From Synechococcus sp. A15-24 (GTDB lineage Bacteria; Cyanobacteriota; Cyanobacteriia; PCC-6307; Cyanobiaceae): a DNA stretch of 32,000 nucleotides. Of the stretch, positions 1 to 8,719 are shown one piece after another. The stretch lies in contig NZ_CP047960.1 in assembly GCF_014280195.1 (NCBI RefSeq), positions 270,001 through 302,000 on the forward strand, in the 5' to 3' direction. Within the stretch, counting starts at the first letter, position 1, and each line of letters begins with the position of its first letter. The position numbers and the translations under genes were made by a program. The notes under the pieces were generated by a model. That model saw nothing but the letters and a program-made list of their open reading frames with translations. It made no database searches and had not been told where the DNA came from.

Positions 1-423
1 GGGGCGTCCCTGGCGGTGCCGATCACAGCGGATGGCCATGTGGTGTTGCTGCGCCAGTACCGCTTCGCCGTGCAGGCGCGCTTGTTGGAATTTCCGGCCG
101 GCACCCTGGAGGAGGGGGAGGACCCGCTGGAATCGATGCAGCGGGAACTGGGGGAAGAGGCCGGCTACAGCGCGGCCCGCTGGGATGCCTTGGGCCCGAT
201 GCTGCCTTGCCCCGGCTATTCAGATGAGGTGATCCATTGCTTCCTGGCCCGGGAGCTGACGCCCCTGGAGAACCCGCCGGCTGGCGATGAAGACGAGGAC
301 CTGGAGGTGGTGTTAATGACTCCTATGGATCTCGATGCGCGGCTGGGATCCGGCGATGAATGGCTCGATGGCAAAAGCGTCACCGCCTGGTATCGCGCCA
401 AACAATTGTTAGGACTGGGATGA
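1..423 (+). CDS. NUDIX hydrolase (ADP-ribose pyrophosphatase-like), 5' end cut by the window edge
   Basis: Frame 1 is open from nt 1 (GASLAVPITADG...). It carries a Nudix box, GTLEEGEDPLESMQRELGEEAGY. The stop TGA at 421-423 overlaps the next gene's ATG (ATGA). Confidence 0.85.
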   Translation, partial: GASLAVPITADGHVVLLRQYRFAVQARLLEFPAGTLEEGEDPLESMQRELGEEAGYSAARWDALGPMLPCPGYSDEVIHCFLARELTPLENPPAGDEDEDLEVVLMTPMDLDARLGSGDEWLDGKSVTAWYRAKQLLGLG

Positions 424-1853
424 CTACGCCACGCGTTCTCTTCTGGCACCGGCGTGATCTCCGCCTGACGGACAACCTCGGTTTGGCTGCTGCTGCAGCG
501 ATCAGCCCCGCCATCACTGGTGTCTATGTGCTGGATCCGCAGGTGATCTCCCCACCGGAGCATCTGCCGCCGATGGCTCCGGCTCGATTGTGGTTTCTGA
601 TCGAGAGCCTGATTGAGCTGCAACAGCGCTGGCGGGATGCCGGCAGTCGACTGCTGGTTGTGGAGGGCGATCCTGTGCAGCTACTGCCGCAGTTGGCGGA
701 GCAGATTGCTGCCGAGGCGGTGGTGTGGAACCGAGACGTGGAGCCCTATTCCCGTGAACGGGATCGTCAGGTGGCCCAGCGGCTGCAGTCCGATGGCCGC
801 AAGGTGGTGGTGGATTGGGACCAGCTGCTGATTGCCCCGGAGCTGCTCAAGACCGGCGGTGGAGACCCCTATCGCGTTTATGGCCCATTCCTGCGCAACT
901 GGCGCGGCCAGGTGCAGGCCAAACAGCCCGTCACTGTTCCAGCACCGGCGGGCCTCGTTGATCTCGATCCGGCATCCGTCCCATCGAGCGACCCCCTCAT
1001 GGCACGGCGGGACAGCCATGGTTTCAAGGGGACCGAGCTCTGCCCCTGCCGTCCCGGCGAGGCAGCGGCCATGCAGCAGCTCACCAGCTTCTGTGATGGC
1101 GCCTTGTTCGGTTACGAGCCGGACCGCAACTTCCCTGGCGTCGTCGGTACCTCGTACCTCAGTGCCGCGCTGAGCGTTGGCACCCTCAGCCCCCGCCAGG
1201 CCTGGTCTGCGGCCCAGGAGGCCCGTGGGCAGGCCCGCAGCGAAGAGCAGCTTCATGCCATTGCCGTTTGGGAGCAGGAGTTGTGCTGGCGCGAGTTCTA
1301 CCAACAGGCTCTGTTTCATTTCCCCGAATTGGCGGATGGTCCCTACCGCGAGCAGTGGCGCCGCTTCCCCTGGGAGAACAACGAAGACTGGTTCGATTTC
1401 TGGAGGGAGGGTCAGACCGGCATGCCGATCATTGACGCTGCCATGCGCCAGCTGAACCAGACCGGTTGGATGCACAACCGCTGCCGCATGATCGTGGCCT
1501 CTTATCTGGTGAAGGATCTGATCTGCGACTGGCGCTGGGGGGAGCGCTCCTTCATGGAACTGGAGGTGGATGGCGATCTGGCCGCCAACAACGGCGGCTG
1601 GCAGTGGAGTGCCAGCAGTGGCATGGACCCCAAGCCCCTGCGGATCTTCAACCCCGCCACCCAGGCCTCAAAGTTCGATGCAACCGGCGATTACATCCGC
1701 CAGTGGGTACCGGAACTGCGCCATGTGAACACCAAGGATCTGCTCGGTGGTGACATCGGTGCTCTTGAACGGCGCGACTATCCCGAACCACTGGTGAATC
1801 ACAAGACTCAGCAGGCCAAATTCAAGGCGCTCTACGCAACCATCCGCTCCTGA
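420..1853 (+). CDS. phr: Deoxyribodipyrimidine photolyase (class I CPD-type)
   Basis: The N-terminal alpha/beta domain shows VLFWHRRDLRLTDN. The FAD domain shows TGMPIIDAAMRQLNQTGWMHNRCRMIVASYL and DGDLAANNGGWQWSASSG. I prefer ATG 420 (MTTPRVLFW) to the track start at 360 because it forms an ATGA overlap with the upstream stop. Confidence 0.93.
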   Translation: MTTPRVLFWHRRDLRLTDNLGLAAAAAISPAITGVYVLDPQVISPPEHLPPMAPARLWFLIESLIELQQRWRDAGSRLLVVEGDPVQLLPQLAEQIAAEAVVWNRDVEPYSRERDRQVAQRLQSDGRKVVVDWDQLLIAPELLKTGGGDPYRVYGPFLRNWRGQVQAKQPVTVPAPAGLVDLDPASVPSSDPLMARRDSHGFKGTELCPCRPGEAAAMQQLTSFCDGALFGYEPDRNFPGVVGTSYLSAALSVGTLSPRQAWSAAQEARGQARSEEQLHAIAVWEQELCWREFYQQALFHFPELADGPYREQWRRFPWENNEDWFDFWREGQTGMPIIDAAMRQLNQTGWMHNRCRMIVASYLVKDLICDWRWGERSFMELEVDGDLAANNGGWQWSASSGMDPKPLRIFNPATQASKFDATGDYIRQWVPELRHVNTKDLLGGDIGALERRDYPEPLVNHKTQQAKFKALYATIRS

Positions 1854-3067
1854 CCGCCCGCTACCGGCAACGGTGTGGGTCTGGATCGCTCCAGTAATTG
1901 CGTCACGGTGTCGATCACGGTTTGCTGCTGCTCCTGTTCCAATTCCGGGAAGATCGGCAGGCTCAGAACCTGGCTGCAGAGCTGCTCTGTCACGGGAAGG
2001 GAGCCCTGTTCGAGCCCCAGGTCGGCGTAGGCCGGCTGACGGTGGATCGGGATGGGGTAATAAATGATCGTGTTCACGCCACGCTCCATCAGGGTCTGCT
2101 TCAGCCAGTCGCGGCAGCAGCTTTCCGGCAGTCCATGGCTCGCACTGGTCGCCGAGGGTGAGCAGCGGGCGTTGCAGAGGGGCTGACCCGTAGGGCAGCT
2201 GCCGATGCGCACCACAAACTGATTCCAGCTGTGACCCTCCTGCGGGTTGGGCAGGGTGAGTCCAGGCAAGTCGGTCAGGTGCGTGCGGTAACGCTCTGCG
2301 ATTGCTGTGCGGCGCTCAATCCAGCCCTTCAGCTTGGGCAGCTTCACGTTCAGTACAGCTGCCTGGATTGCATCGAGGCGGCTGTTGTATCCCAGAGCCG
2401 TGTGCAGGTAGCGCTTCGGCATACCGTGCACCGCCAGCTCCCGCATGGTTTGTGTCAGGGAATCGTCGTTGCTGGTTGCTGCACCGCCGTCCCCAGCCGC
2501 ACCAAGATTCTTAGTGGGGAAAAAGCTGAAGCAGCCCACATCACCAAAACTTCCCACGGGCTGGCCGTTCCACTGGGCTCCGGTGGCCTGGGCACAGTCC
2601 TCAACCACCTTGAGGTTGTGGGTTTCGGCGATGGCCATCAGTCGGCTCATGTCCACCGGCCGGCCGAACAGATGCACCGGCATCAAGGCTTTCGTCGCTG
2701 TGGTGATCGCCGATTCGATCTGATCGAGATCGATGAGGTACGTGGCCGGGTCTACATCCACGAAAACCGGCGTGGCACCAACGGCGCTGATGGCTTCAGC
2801 CGTGGCAAAAAAACTGAAGGAGCAGGTGATCACTTCATCCCCAGCACCAATGCCCAGGGCTCTCAGAGCAAGGATCAGAGCATCGGTGCCGCTGTTGCAT
2901 CCCACGGCATGGCGGCAGCCGACGCTGGCGGCAAAGGAGTCTTCAAACGCCTTGATCTGCGGTCCGCCGATGTATTGACCGCTGCGCAACACGTTCAGCA
3001 CCGCCTCCTCGAGGTCCTGGCCCAGATCGCTGATCTGTTGGCTGAGGCTGAAGGGGGGCACCTGCAT
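1832..3067 (-). CDS. DegT/DnrJ/EryC1/StrS-family PLP-dependent sugar aminotransferase, with a Cys-rich insertion
   Basis: Family motifs are present: GGPQIKAFEDSFA, AVGCNSGTDALILALRALG, FSFFPTKNLGAAGDGG and YYPIPIHRQPAY. The track start at 3073 is TTG, and the first ATG is at 3067 (MQVPPF). The 3' end overlaps the phr 3' end by 22 nt. Confidence 0.88.
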   Translation of the reverse strand: MQVPPFSLSQQISDLGQDLEEAVLNVLRSGQYIGGPQIKAFEDSFAASVGCRHAVGCNSGTDALILALRALGIGAGDEVITCSFSFFATAEAISAVGATPVFVDVDPATYLIDLDQIESAITTATKALMPVHLFGRPVDMSRLMAIAETHNLKVVEDCAQATGAQWNGQPVGSFGDVGCFSFFPTKNLGAAGDGGAATSNDDSLTQTMRELAVHGMPKRYLHTALGYNSRLDAIQAAVLNVKLPKLKGWIERRTAIAERYRTHLTDLPGLTLPNPQEGHSWNQFVVRIGSCPTGQPLCNARCSPSATSASHGLPESCCRDWLKQTLMERGVNTIIYYPIPIHRQPAYADLGLEQGSLPVTEQLCSQVLSLPIFPELEQEQQQTVIDTVTQLLERSRPTPLPVAGGQERMVA

Positions 3068-3086
3068 ATACAAAAGCTTAAGCGGA

Positions 3087-3671
3087 TCAGCCGAACCAGT
3101 CCGGTTCCTGTCCGGGGTTCCATTTCACGTTGCAGCCCACCGAAGGACGTTGCTCTGGATGGACGGTCTGGCCAGCGAGCACTGCATCCAGGGCTGCGCG
3201 CAGATCAACGCCGTTGAGCGGCACGTCGTTGCCGGGGCGGCTGCCATCGAGCTGACCGCGATACCGCAGGGTCTGCAGGCTATTCGCATCAGCGTCGAAC
3301 AGATAAAACTCTGGGGTGCAGGCGGCCCGCAGGGCCTTGGCCAGGCTCTGTTCCTCATCAAGCAGATATGGAAAGCTCCAGCCCCAACGTTTGGCCTGAT
3401 CGGCCAACTGCTCTGGTCCGTCCTGGGGATGGGTGATCAGGCTGTTACTGCTGACCGCCAGCAATTGAACCGCTGTGCCGTATTCATACTCCAGCCGGCT
3501 CAGTTCCGGTTCCACGTGCTTCACAAACGGGCAGTGGGCACAGATCACCATCAGCAGCAGTGGCCGCCCATGCAGGTCGGCAGAGCTGATGCTGCCGCCA
3601 GCAACTGCCGGCAGGGAGAACGCCGGCAATGAAGTTCCCAGCTCTAACATCGTTGAAGTTTTGAGGGCCAT
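3087..3671 (-). CDS. Thioredoxin-fold thiol-disulfide oxidoreductase (AhpC/TSA/redoxin-like)
   Basis: A CxxC motif sits in VICAHCPFVKH within a redoxin-like layout. The gene ends 19 nt upstream of the DegT gene on the same strand. Confidence 0.75.
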   Translation of the reverse strand: MALKTSTMLELGTSLPAFSLPAVAGGSISSADLHGRPLLLMVICAHCPFVKHVEPELSRLEYEYGTAVQLLAVSSNSLITHPQDGPEQLADQAKRWGWSFPYLLDEEQSLAKALRAACTPEFYLFDADANSLQTLRYRGQLDGSRPGNDVPLNGVDLRAALDAVLAGQTVHPEQRPSVGCNVKWNPGQEPDWFG

Positions 3672-3729
3672 GGCGATTCCTGCAGGTCCGTCGGGTTGCC
3701 ATCAGGATGGCCGCTGCTTGTGAAAAGCG

Positions 3730-4242
3730 ATGCAGCGCAGGCTGGCCATGGCAGGGGTGATGGTGTTGCTGGGTTGTACGGCGCCGGCGGAACCCCCCAG
3801 CTGGCGGGTCATGCCCCTGCAGCGCTATGCCCCCCATGACGGCTTGGCGGTGGTGAACCAGCCGGATGGCTACGGACTGCATATCTTTCTGGAGACCGAC
3901 ACCAGTGATCCAGCGATTTGTCGACCGCGCTGGCTACCGGACCCAGCCCGTTTGTTCAACGGCAACGGCACGACACCGTTCAGCTCCGGACTGGCGACCC
4001 GCGGCGAGTTCTTTGCGGCGGTGGCACGCAAGGACGTGACGAAAGCCCTGCAGCGTGAGCTGGAAGCACTTTGCAAGCAGCGCGCCCCTGATGCCCGTTG
4101 GCTCTGGACTGAACCGCCGCGGTCCGAGGCGGAGGTGGTGCCTGTGCAACTGCCGGCCCTGGAGCAGGGAGAGCTGCTCACCAACCCCGTCGATGAGTTG
4201 GAGCGGGTCGAAGCCTTGCTGCGCAATCAGCCGGGGCTGTAG
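3730..4242 (+). CDS. Hypothetical lipoprotein
   Basis: There is a signal peptide with a lipobox (MAGVMVLLGC). Third-position GC is good. I recognised no family motif. Confidence 0.6.
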   Translation: MQRRLAMAGVMVLLGCTAPAEPPSWRVMPLQRYAPHDGLAVVNQPDGYGLHIFLETDTSDPAICRPRWLPDPARLFNGNGTTPFSSGLATRGEFFAAVARKDVTKALQRELEALCKQRAPDARWLWTEPPRSEAEVVPVQLPALEQGELLTNPVDELERVEALLRNQPGL

Positions 4243-4664
4243 CCCTCCCACACCACCGGTTCCGCCTCCCGCCAATAACGGCTGAAGCGTCCGAGCCGTG
4301 GCGGCCGGGGAAGCTCCACAAAGGGATCCGGATCCAGTTCGTCGAGAGGAAGCTTCGCTCCAATCGCATCGGCGATCTGCTGCAGGCGCGGATCCACGGC
4401 GGAGCTGGTCACCACGCCGTCAGCGTCGTGGCGCTGCGCGAAGGCCAGCACTTCAGCGGCCACATCGCCCTTGCGCAGGGTGACCGGTAGCTCCAGGGCC
4501 GCCTCGTAGAGAAAGCCCAGCCGTTTGCGGCTGATTCGGCTGGCCTGGATCCACTGGGTGTCAAAGACGAACAGAGCGAGGGCATCCGGCCAGGTCCGCA
4601 GGGCGGGATTGGCGGGGCCAAGGGCCTCGTCGTGAATCCAGAGGATCGGTCGTTGCATTGCCAT
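4227..4664 (-). CDS. Stand-alone photolyase N-terminal alpha/beta-domain-like protein
   Basis: PILWIHDEALGPANPAL...LFVFD...RLGFLYEAALEL...GDVAAEVLAFAQRHDADGVVTS follows the same pattern as the phr N-domain in this window (VLFWHRRDLRLTDNLGL...VYVLD...RLWFLIESLIEL...GDPVQLLPQLAEQIAAEAVVWN). It starts 15 nt after the stop of the upstream FAD-domain gene. Confidence 0.65.
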   Translation of the reverse strand: MAMQRPILWIHDEALGPANPALRTWPDALALFVFDTQWIQASRISRKRLGFLYEAALELPVTLRKGDVAAEVLAFAQRHDADGVVTSSAVDPRLQQIADAIGAKLPLDELDPDPFVELPRPPRLGRFSRYWREAEPVVWEGYSPG

Positions 4665-4679
4665 GGTGTCTGTCCAGAT

Positions 4680-5579
4680 CTATCGCTTGGGTCGGGCCAG
4701 CGCGGCACTGGCGCCTCCGCCGTTCCTGCGCTGGCGGTTGCGTCCCGTTCCGGTGTCCCGAATGGCCGGCATCGGGGTAAACAGCTGGCTTTCCAGCTGG
4801 TCGTAACTGCCCTCGAACGGACAGGCATCGGCGCTGGGGCATCCCTCGCAATACCGGCCATCGCTGTAGCGCTCCAGGTTGCCGCGGTTGAAGAAGTAGG
4901 GCTTTTGGCTGAAGCTGCTGGCCACCCACTGCCAACTCAGGTGATTACTGGCGGGATCGCCATCCAGCAGATGCTCGAGGAACCAGTTGGCCCCGGCTGT
5001 CCAATGCACCCGCCGCCAGTGCACCAGCCAGGCGGCCATCCACATCCGGGCGTGGTTGTGCAGCCATCCCGTGGTCACCAGCTCGTCGCGGAAGCCATCC
5101 ATGCAGGCCAGTCCGGTGCGGCCGTCGCGCACGTCCTGAGGTAGCTCTCTGGCATAGGAGCTGGCGTCGTGACCGGTCTTGAATGCCTCCTGGTCGTCGT
5201 GGATGCCGTCGCCCAGATCGAGCCACATCCGCTGCCAGAAGTCGCGCCAGCCCAATTCGTTGATCAATTTCCCGCCATCGTCCCGCTTGCGGATCCGCTC
5301 AAACACCGCCTGCTTCACCTCCGCCAGCGTCAGCACGCCATGGCGGATGTACGGAGAGAGGCCAGTGACGGCACCGTTCAGATGGTTGCGACTTTTGGCG
5401 TAGCGAGCCGGTTGCACCCGCGCCAACTTGGCTTCCGCGGCCTGGCGGCCACCGGGGATCGGACTGAGCGGACCCTCTGCGCTGGGAAATTCCTCAACCA
5501 GCAGCGCCTCGAGGGCGTCTCGTGAGGCGAACTGACGGGGCAGATCGCCAGGGTTGTGGGGTGACGGGGTGCTGGGCAC
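4680..5579 (-). CDS. Short photolyase/cryptochrome-like protein (FAD-binding helical domain only) with a putative Fe-S cysteine set
   Basis: FAD-domain motifs are present: LSPYIRHGVL, ELGWRDFW, TGWLHNHARMWMAAWLV and DGDPASNHLSWQWVASS. There is no N-terminal alpha/beta domain. Cysteines lie at residues 159, 244, 247 and 253 (C...CEGCPSADAC). Confidence 0.8.
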   Translation of the reverse strand: MPSTPSPHNPGDLPRQFASRDALEALLVEEFPSAEGPLSPIPGGRQAAEAKLARVQPARYAKSRNHLNGAVTGLSPYIRHGVLTLAEVKQAVFERIRKRDDGGKLINELGWRDFWQRMWLDLGDGIHDDQEAFKTGHDASSYARELPQDVRDGRTGLACMDGFRDELVTTGWLHNHARMWMAAWLVHWRRVHWTAGANWFLEHLLDGDPASNHLSWQWVASSFSQKPYFFNRGNLERYSDGRYCEGCPSADACPFEGSYDQLESQLFTPMPAIRDTGTGRNRQRRNGGGASAALARPKR

Positions 5580-5662
5580 CGGCCTTTTGAAGCAAGCAAG
5601 CCGAGATCCTGGCGGGGGATGGGGGAGAATCGCGCGATCTCAACCCGTTCCGGTCCGTTCCG

Positions 5663-6445
5663 ATGCTGCTTGATCTCACCGGCAAGAAGATCCTCGTCAC
5701 CGGCATCGCTAACAACCGTTCGATCGCCTGGGGGATTGCTCAGCAGCTCAAGGCGGCCGGTGCTGAGCTCGGCATCACCTATCTGCCTGATGAAAAAGGC
5801 CGCTTCGAGGCCAAGGTGCGCGAACTCACTGCTCCCCTGGAGCCCAGCCTCTTCTTGCCTCTGAATGTTCAGGACGCCGACCAGATGGCTGAGGTTTTCG
5901 GCGAGATCAAGGCGAAGTGGGGAGTTCTTGATGGTCTGGTGCATTGCCTGGCCTTTGCCGGCAAGGAGGAGTTGATCGGCGATTACAGCGCCACCACGGC
6001 GGAAGGCTTTGCCCGCTCCCTCGACATCAGCGCCTATTCCCTGGCGCCCCTCTGTGCCCATGCCAAGCCGCTGTTCAGCGAGAAGGCCGGCGTGATCACG
6101 CTGTCCTATCTCGGCGCTGAGCGGGCGATTCCCAACTACAACGTGATGGGCGTCGCCAAGGCGGCTCTTGAGGCTTCCGTTCGCTATCTGGCCGCTGAGC
6201 TGGGTCCCGAGAAGCAGGTACGCGTCAACGCCATCAGCGCCGGCCCGATCCGCACCCTGGCCAGCTCTGCCATCGGCGGCATTCTCGACATGATCCACAA
6301 CGTGGAGGAAAAGGCTCCCCTGCGCCGCACCGTGACTCAGATGGAGGTGGGTGGCACCGCTGCCTTCCTGCTCAGTGATCTGGCCAGCGGCATCTCCGGT
6401 CAGACCATCTACGTCGATGCGGGCTACTGCGTCACCGGCATGTGA
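5663..6445 (+). CDS. fabI: Enoyl-[acyl-carrier-protein] reductase (NADH)
   Basis: [39 protein letters not shown] and [12 protein letters not shown] are typical FabI SDR motifs. Confidence 0.95.
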   Translation: MLLDLTGKKILVTGIANNRSIAWGIAQQLKAAGAELGITYLPDEKGRFEAKVRELTAPLEPSLFLPLNVQDADQMAEVFGEIKAKWGVLDGLVHCLAFAGKEELIGDYSATTAEGFARSLDISAYSLAPLCAHAKPLFSEKAGVITLSYLGAERAIPNYNVMGVAKAALEASVRYLAAELGPEKQVRVNAISAGPIRTLASSAIGGILDMIHNVEEKAPLRRTVTQMEVGGTAAFLLSDLASGISGQTIYVDAGYCVTGM

Positions 6446-6474
6446 GGCAGCATGAGGGCAGTGGAGCAACGGTG

Positions 6475-7083
6475 ATGGCACGTCAGGGAACGATCCATCG
6501 GGTTACCGGTGAAACCGACGTGAAGGTGCGGCTGGACCTGGACGGCTCTGGCCAGTGCCAGGCCAGCACCGGGGTGCCGTTCCTTGACCACATGCTTCAT
6601 CAGATCAGCAGCCACGGCCTGATCGACCTGGAGATCAATGCGGTGGGAGACACCCACATTGACGATCACCACACCAATGAAGATGTGGGCATCGCTGTGG
6701 GTCAGGCCCTGGCCCAGGCCCTGGGGGACCGCCGGGGCATCCACCGCTTCGGTCACTTTGTGGCACCGCTGGATGAGGCCTTGGTGCAGGTCGCCCTGGA
6801 TTGTTCCGGACGCCCCCATCTGAGCTACAGCCTCAGCATTCCCAGTCAGAAGATCGGCAGCTACGACACCGAGCTGGTGAAGGAGTTCTTCGTGGCGGTG
6901 GTCAACAACAGCGGCCTCACGTTGCACATCCGCCAGCTCGATGGCGTGAACTCTCACCACATCGTGGAGGCCTGTTTCAAGGCCTTTTCCAGGGCGTTGC
7001 GCATGGCCACGGAAATCGATCCCCGTCGTGCGGGTGCCATTCCAAGCAGCAAAGGGGTGCTTGAGCAAGCTGGCGCCAACTGA
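6475..7083 (+). CDS. hisB: Imidazoleglycerol-phosphate dehydratase
   Basis: Motifs [45 protein letters not shown] and [13 protein letters not shown] are present. I prefer ATG 6475. GTG 6442, which overlaps the fabI stop, is an alternative start. Confidence 0.93.
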   Translation: MARQGTIHRVTGETDVKVRLDLDGSGQCQASTGVPFLDHMLHQISSHGLIDLEINAVGDTHIDDHHTNEDVGIAVGQALAQALGDRRGIHRFGHFVAPLDEALVQVALDCSGRPHLSYSLSIPSQKIGSYDTELVKEFFVAVVNNSGLTLHIRQLDGVNSHHIVEACFKAFSRALRMATEIDPRRAGAIPSSKGVLEQAGAN

Positions 7084-7143
7084 CGCCATCCCCGCGCTTC
7101 ACAGTCCGTTGCGAGAGGATGGGCCAAAGTCGTTCGTTGGCCT

Positions 7144-8613
7144 GTGACCGTCGCCCCCGCCCGTCCCTACAACCGCAGCGACTGGGCCAGCTCCTTCGTC
7201 AACGTCGACGAGGAACTCACCGATGTAGCTCTCACCCCTGTACGAGGGGTCGTGCCGGCGGAGCTCCAAGGCACCTTTTACCGCAACGGTCCTGGCCGCT
7301 TGGAGCGGGATGGCCAGCGGGTCCATCACCCCTTTGATGGCGACGGCATGATCGCCGCCATGCGGTTTGACAACGGACGCGTCCAGCTGACCAATCGCTT
7401 CGTTCGCACCGAGGGCTTGCTGGCGGAGGAGAAGGCCGACAAGGTGTTGTACCGCGGTGTTTTTGGGAGTCAGAAGCCCGGCGGACGTTTGGCCAATGCC
7501 TTCGACCTGCGGTTGAAGAACATTGCCAACACCAATGTGGTTCGACTGGGGGACCAGCTCCTGGCTCTCTGGGAAGCGGCCGAGCCCCACGCCCTTGATC
7601 CTCAAAGCCTGGAAACGCGTGGGCTGTCACGGCTGGACGGCGTGCTGAAAAAGGGTGAGGCCTTCAGTGCCCACCCCCGCTTCGACCCCGGCCATAACGG
7701 CCGACCCAGCATGGTCACCTTTGGGGTCAAGACCGGTCCCCGCAGCACCATCCGCCTGATGGAATTCGCCACGGAGGGCCCTGACGCTGGAACCCTGCTG
7801 CACGATCGTTCCGACAACTTCCCTGGTTTCGCCTTCCTGCACGACTTCGCCATCACCCCCAATTGGGCGGTGTTCCTGCAGAACGCCATCGCCTTCAACC
7901 CCCTGCCTTTCGTCACCGGTGAAAAAGGGGCAGCCCAGTGCTTGCAGTCCAAACCGGGCGGCAAGGGGCGCTTCTGGCTGATTCCGCGGGATTCCGGCGA
8001 GTTCGCGGGGCAGAAGCCCCGCATCCTGGAAGCCCCTGAGGGCTTTGTTTTCCATCACCTCAACGCTTTTGAGGACGGCGATCACGTGGTGGTGGAGAGC
8101 ATCGTCTACGACGACTTCCCCTCCATCGGCCCTGACGATGACTTCGCCGAGGTGGATTTCGACACGGTGCCGAACGGAATCCTGCATCGCTGCCGCCTTG
8201 ATCTGAGCCGCGAGATAGTGAAGACCGAGCGGATTTCAGAGCGCACCTGCGAGTTCGCCATGGTGAACCCGGAGCGGCAGGGGCTGAGTGCCCAGTTCGC
8301 CTGGATGGCGGTGGCCGAGCGGGAGACTGGCAACGATCCGCTGCAGGCGATTCAGAAGTTGGATCTCAGCAGCGGTGCCACCCACACCTGGAGTGCTGCA
8401 CCCCGCGGATTCGTGAGTGAACCATTGATGGTGCGTCGTCCCGGTGCTGAAGCCGAAGACGACGGCTGGGTGCTCGATCTCGTCTGGAACGGTGCACGAC
8501 GGGCCTCCGATCTGGTGATCCTCAACGCCCGTGATCTGTCTGAAGTGGCGGTGCTGGAGCTGCCGTTGGCGGTGCCCCATGGGCTCCATGGCAGTTGGGC
8601 TGCAGAGTCCTGA
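7144..8613 (+). CDS. Carotenoid/apocarotenoid cleavage oxygenase (RPE65 family)
   Basis: Motifs FYRNGPGRLERDGQRVHHPFDGDGMI, HDFAITPNWAVF, FHHLNAFE and HGLHGSW are present, including the four-His iron ligand pattern. The start is GTG. Confidence 0.9.
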   Translation: MTVAPARPYNRSDWASSFVNVDEELTDVALTPVRGVVPAELQGTFYRNGPGRLERDGQRVHHPFDGDGMIAAMRFDNGRVQLTNRFVRTEGLLAEEKADKVLYRGVFGSQKPGGRLANAFDLRLKNIANTNVVRLGDQLLALWEAAEPHALDPQSLETRGLSRLDGVLKKGEAFSAHPRFDPGHNGRPSMVTFGVKTGPRSTIRLMEFATEGPDAGTLLHDRSDNFPGFAFLHDFAITPNWAVFLQNAIAFNPLPFVTGEKGAAQCLQSKPGGKGRFWLIPRDSGEFAGQKPRILEAPEGFVFHHLNAFEDGDHVVVESIVYDDFPSIGPDDDFAEVDFDTVPNGILHRCRLDLSREIVKTERISERTCEFAMVNPERQGLSAQFAWMAVAERETGNDPLQAIQKLDLSSGATHTWSAAPRGFVSEPLMVRRPGAEAEDDGWVLDLVWNGARRASDLVILNARDLSEVAVLELPLAVPHGLHGSWAAES

Positions 8614-8719
8614 GCTTTCCGTCAAATCTGGTCACATCTTCTCCGTTCTTTGACATTGCCTGGTTGCCTTCAGCGGCGGCTGCGGCGCTACAGCAGTTGA
8701 AGAGACCGCGGCGACAGGA

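Noticed and set aside
360-419. Upstream extension of the photolyase ORF from ATG 360
   Set aside because: The extension lies entirely inside the NUDIX coding region, and its sequence (MARWQKRHRLVSRQTIVRTG) does not resemble a photolyase. ATG 420 gives the canonical N-terminus.
2231-3217. 328-aa plus-strand ORF, antisense to the DegT and thioredoxin-fold genes
   Set aside because: This is the same high-GC antisense artefact. It spans two well-supported minus-strand genes and the gap between them.
5378-6481. 367-aa ORF on the minus strand, antisense to fabI
   Set aside because: It lies opposite an unmistakable FabI gene. Its translation is rich in Ala, Gly, Arg and Leu with no recognisable motifs. 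Long antisense ORFs of this kind are expected in 60% GC DNA because stop codons are rare.
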